A DNA stretch of 64,000 nucleotides, from positions 147,847 to 211,846 of the forward strand of contig CBDHFT010000007.1 of the NCBI GenBank assembly GCA_965262775.1. Direction: 5' to 3'. The translations under genes and the position numbers were made by a program. Below the pieces are notes generated by a model, which did no database searches, was not told the DNA's origin, and saw only the letters and a list, made by a program, of their open reading frames with translations. Shown in pieces: positions 61,948 to 64,000 of the stretch (positions are counted from its first letter, which is position 1; each line of letters opens with the position of its first letter). This DNA is from Alphaproteobacteria bacterium. Its GTDB lineage: Bacteria > Pseudomonadota > Alphaproteobacteria > JASGCL01.

Positions 61948-62126
61948 ATTGCTAGCAAATACAATCAAAGGGTAATTTTTGCGGTCTGGGTTGCTTAAAT
62001 TCTTGCCTTCCTGAGCGTGGCAAGCTATAGATATATTGGATAAAAAAAATTTTACTGGGTTGCCCTTGCGATGGGTGGCCTTTACTATCACCTTGCAATA
62101 TTCACTTATATAGCCACCATAATATA

Positions 62127-63326
62127 ATGAAAAAATTCTCTTTTAATTTTATATTGCTTGCTGGCTTATCTTTCATGTTGACGGGCTGTGGGCCCGATGC
62201 TGACGGTATTTGGTGGCGCGCGTCGGGCACGGCGGGCATGATGGTCGGGCAAAGGGATGGCAGCGAGTATTTTATCAGCGGCGACGAACCATTTGCGGTG
62301 TTAATCGGCAACAAAACATTTTTGGAAGGCGGCAACGCGGTTGACGCCGCGGTTGCCACCGCCATCGCCATGACCGCGACCCAACCATTAAGCACCAGCC
62401 TGGGTGCGGGCGGTGCTTGCCAAGCATTGTTGCCCGACGCATCGGGCGAATTAACCCCCATGGCTGTTTCCTTTAACGGTGCCAATCCCGCCGATTCGAT
62501 GATATCGACCCTTTATCAAATTCATGTTGAGCATGGTCGTTTACCGTGGGCCAAAGTGGTGGCGCCCGCGGAAAAACTTATTCGTATAGGATTCCCCGAT
62601 AACAACGCGACTCGCACCCAAGAAAAAAATCCATTTTGGAAACGCGATGACAGCGGGCTTATCACCAATCCCGAATTGGCGGAAAGTTTTAGCACCCTGC
62701 GCTTGCGGCCCCTGTCTTTTATTTTTGGCACCAAGGACGATACGATGAATTTCCATTATGAAAAATCAGGCTTGGGGTATAATCAAAAAATGACGCGCGG
62801 TCAGGCATTAAAAACATTGCGCATGACGCCGCTGGCAACATTGCCCATGCGGTCCATCAACCCCACGGCCCAGGTGGCGGTTATGAAAAACCAAACCCTG
62901 ACGGGTTATGGTCGGCAATGGGTTAATTATTTAAGCAGTATCGTCAATAATAACGCGGGGGGGAAAACGGTGAAGCAACCGAATAAGGCAGGCGTGGGGT
63001 TGATGGAAAGCGCGGTGATGGCGGTTGATGCGTCGGGGCGCGCCCTGTCATGTCATTTTATTATCCAGGATAGCGCCGACACCCCACCCACCAAGGTTGA
63101 TGGTTTGGGATTTTTTGCGCCGTTGGACGGGGTGAAGACGATATCGGCGCGCGGGTTTTTTGTTTTAAACCCATCGGGCACCCCCATGGGGTTGGTCAGT
63201 TTGGGGCAGTCGGTTCGCGCCGTGATGTGCAGCAGCGACCTTGCCGAAAACTTTTTCAACAAAGATGAATGCAAATGGATTCGCAACGAAACCGACAGCG
63301 GTTTAGCGATTAAGGGCGTTAGATAA
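62127..63326 (+). CDS. shortened gamma-glutamyltransferase-like lipoprotein
   Basis: Lipobox LTGC; GGNAVDAAVA, SLGAGG, HGRLPWAKVVAPA, NPELA, AVDASGRALS. Confidence 0.7.
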   Translation: MKKFSFNFILLAGLSFMLTGCGPDADGIWWRASGTAGMMVGQRDGSEYFISGDEPFAVLIGNKTFLEGGNAVDAAVATAIAMTATQPLSTSLGAGGACQALLPDASGELTPMAVSFNGANPADSMISTLYQIHVEHGRLPWAKVVAPAEKLIRIGFPDNNATRTQEKNPFWKRDDSGLITNPELAESFSTLRLRPLSFIFGTKDDTMNFHYEKSGLGYNQKMTRGQALKTLRMTPLATLPMRSINPTAQVAVMKNQTLTGYGRQWVNYLSSIVNNNAGGKTVKQPNKAGVGLMESAVMAVDASGRALSCHFIIQDSADTPPTKVDGLGFFAPLDGVKTISARGFFVLNPSGTPMGLVSLGQSVRAVMCSSDLAENFFNKDECKWIRNETDSGLAIKGVR

Positions 63327-63399
63327 TCATCTGCTCGCTTATTTTTTTGTTTGTAATTTTTTTATTATTTATCTATCTTTAGTATATTAAGGATGGTAA

Positions 63400-64000
63400 A
63401 TGATGATGAATTATAAAAAACTTGAAAAAAATCAATTGATTGATTGTTCCCGAGAAGAATTTATTGATTGCTGGCATAGAAGATACAATGATAGCGTAGA
63501 GACCCTCTACTACGATAATATTGACCATAAGTATAACCATGAAAGAATTATGCTTTTGTATGAATGGAAAAATGGCGGCAAAATTTCAGAAGACAAAACT
63601 AAATCTATAAAAAACAACTATCTTACAAAAATTGATGTATCAAAAAATATCTTTATAAAAAATGCAAACAATAGATGCAATGGATTGCACTTCCTCAAAG
63701 AATTAGGTGGTGGAGAGATATGGTCAATATTTTTTGTTCATATATTAGACCCAAAAAATTTTTCAATTTTTGACCAGCATGTAAGACGCGCGATGTATTT
63801 TTTATTAGGCAATCCCGACCTTTATCCTGAAAACACAAACCGTCTAAATATATACGAAAATGAATTTTTGCCTTTTTGGGATGAGTATGTAGGAAGCGAT
63901 GACCCATCCAACAGACGATTAGACCAAGCGCTTTTTGCTTTTGGAAAATATATAAAGCCTAAAGGGAAAATAACAACCCAACAGCCGCAGACATTTTGTA
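63400..64000 (+). CDS. partial AT-rich ORF (>=200 aa, runs off window), HhH-GPD/DNA-glycosylase-like
   Basis: Own translation: MMMNYKKLE…LLYEWKNGG…GGGEIWSIFFVHILDPKNFSIFDQHVRRAM…RRLDQALFAFGK. It is absent from the ORF track because it has no stop in the window. Confidence 0.65.
   Translation, partial: MMMNYKKLEKNQLIDCSREEFIDCWHRRYNDSVETLYYDNIDHKYNHERIMLLYEWKNGGKISEDKTKSIKNNYLTKIDVSKNIFIKNANNRCNGLHFLKELGGGEIWSIFFVHILDPKNFSIFDQHVRRAMYFLLGNPDLYPENTNRLNIYENEFLPFWDEYVGSDDPSNRRLDQALFAFGKYIKPKGKITTQQPQTFC

Overview
A 64-kb chromosomal segment of an alphaproteobacterium, judged from ssrS-ygfA-ymdB synteny, mucR/ros, a FlbD-like regulator, aapJQMP and mce-DUF1467-proS. Most of it is housekeeping genes (proS, moeA, thrC, dnaE, ftsH, guaA, ispH-thrB-rnhA, tuf, dusA, tal, ispE) plus four tRNAs (Glu, Leu, Trp, Gly) and an unusually long 6S RNA. 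The main accessory locus is an apparently complete type II-C CRISPR-Cas system. It has a divergent 1147-aa Cas9 with a compositionally mosaic 3' end, cas1, cas2, a minus-strand tracrRNA with its own sigma70 promoter, and a 23-repeat array. Two overlapping spacers allow a partial PAM prediction. Other notable items are: a tandem array behind tRNA-Glu whose units read as acceptor-stem microhelices ending in GCCA; a Pro/Thr-repeat beta-barrel surface protein next to the array; a FlbD-like activator lacking its HTH, followed by a HigBA-like toxin-antitoxin pair; a betC islet separating tRNA-Gly from tuf; a GGT-like lipoprotein apparently lacking the catalytic Thr; and a partial HhH-glycosylase-like ORF at the right edge. 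Three genes carry single-base frameshifts in short homopolymers, possibly sequencing errors. All calls come from motif recognition by eye, with no database searches.
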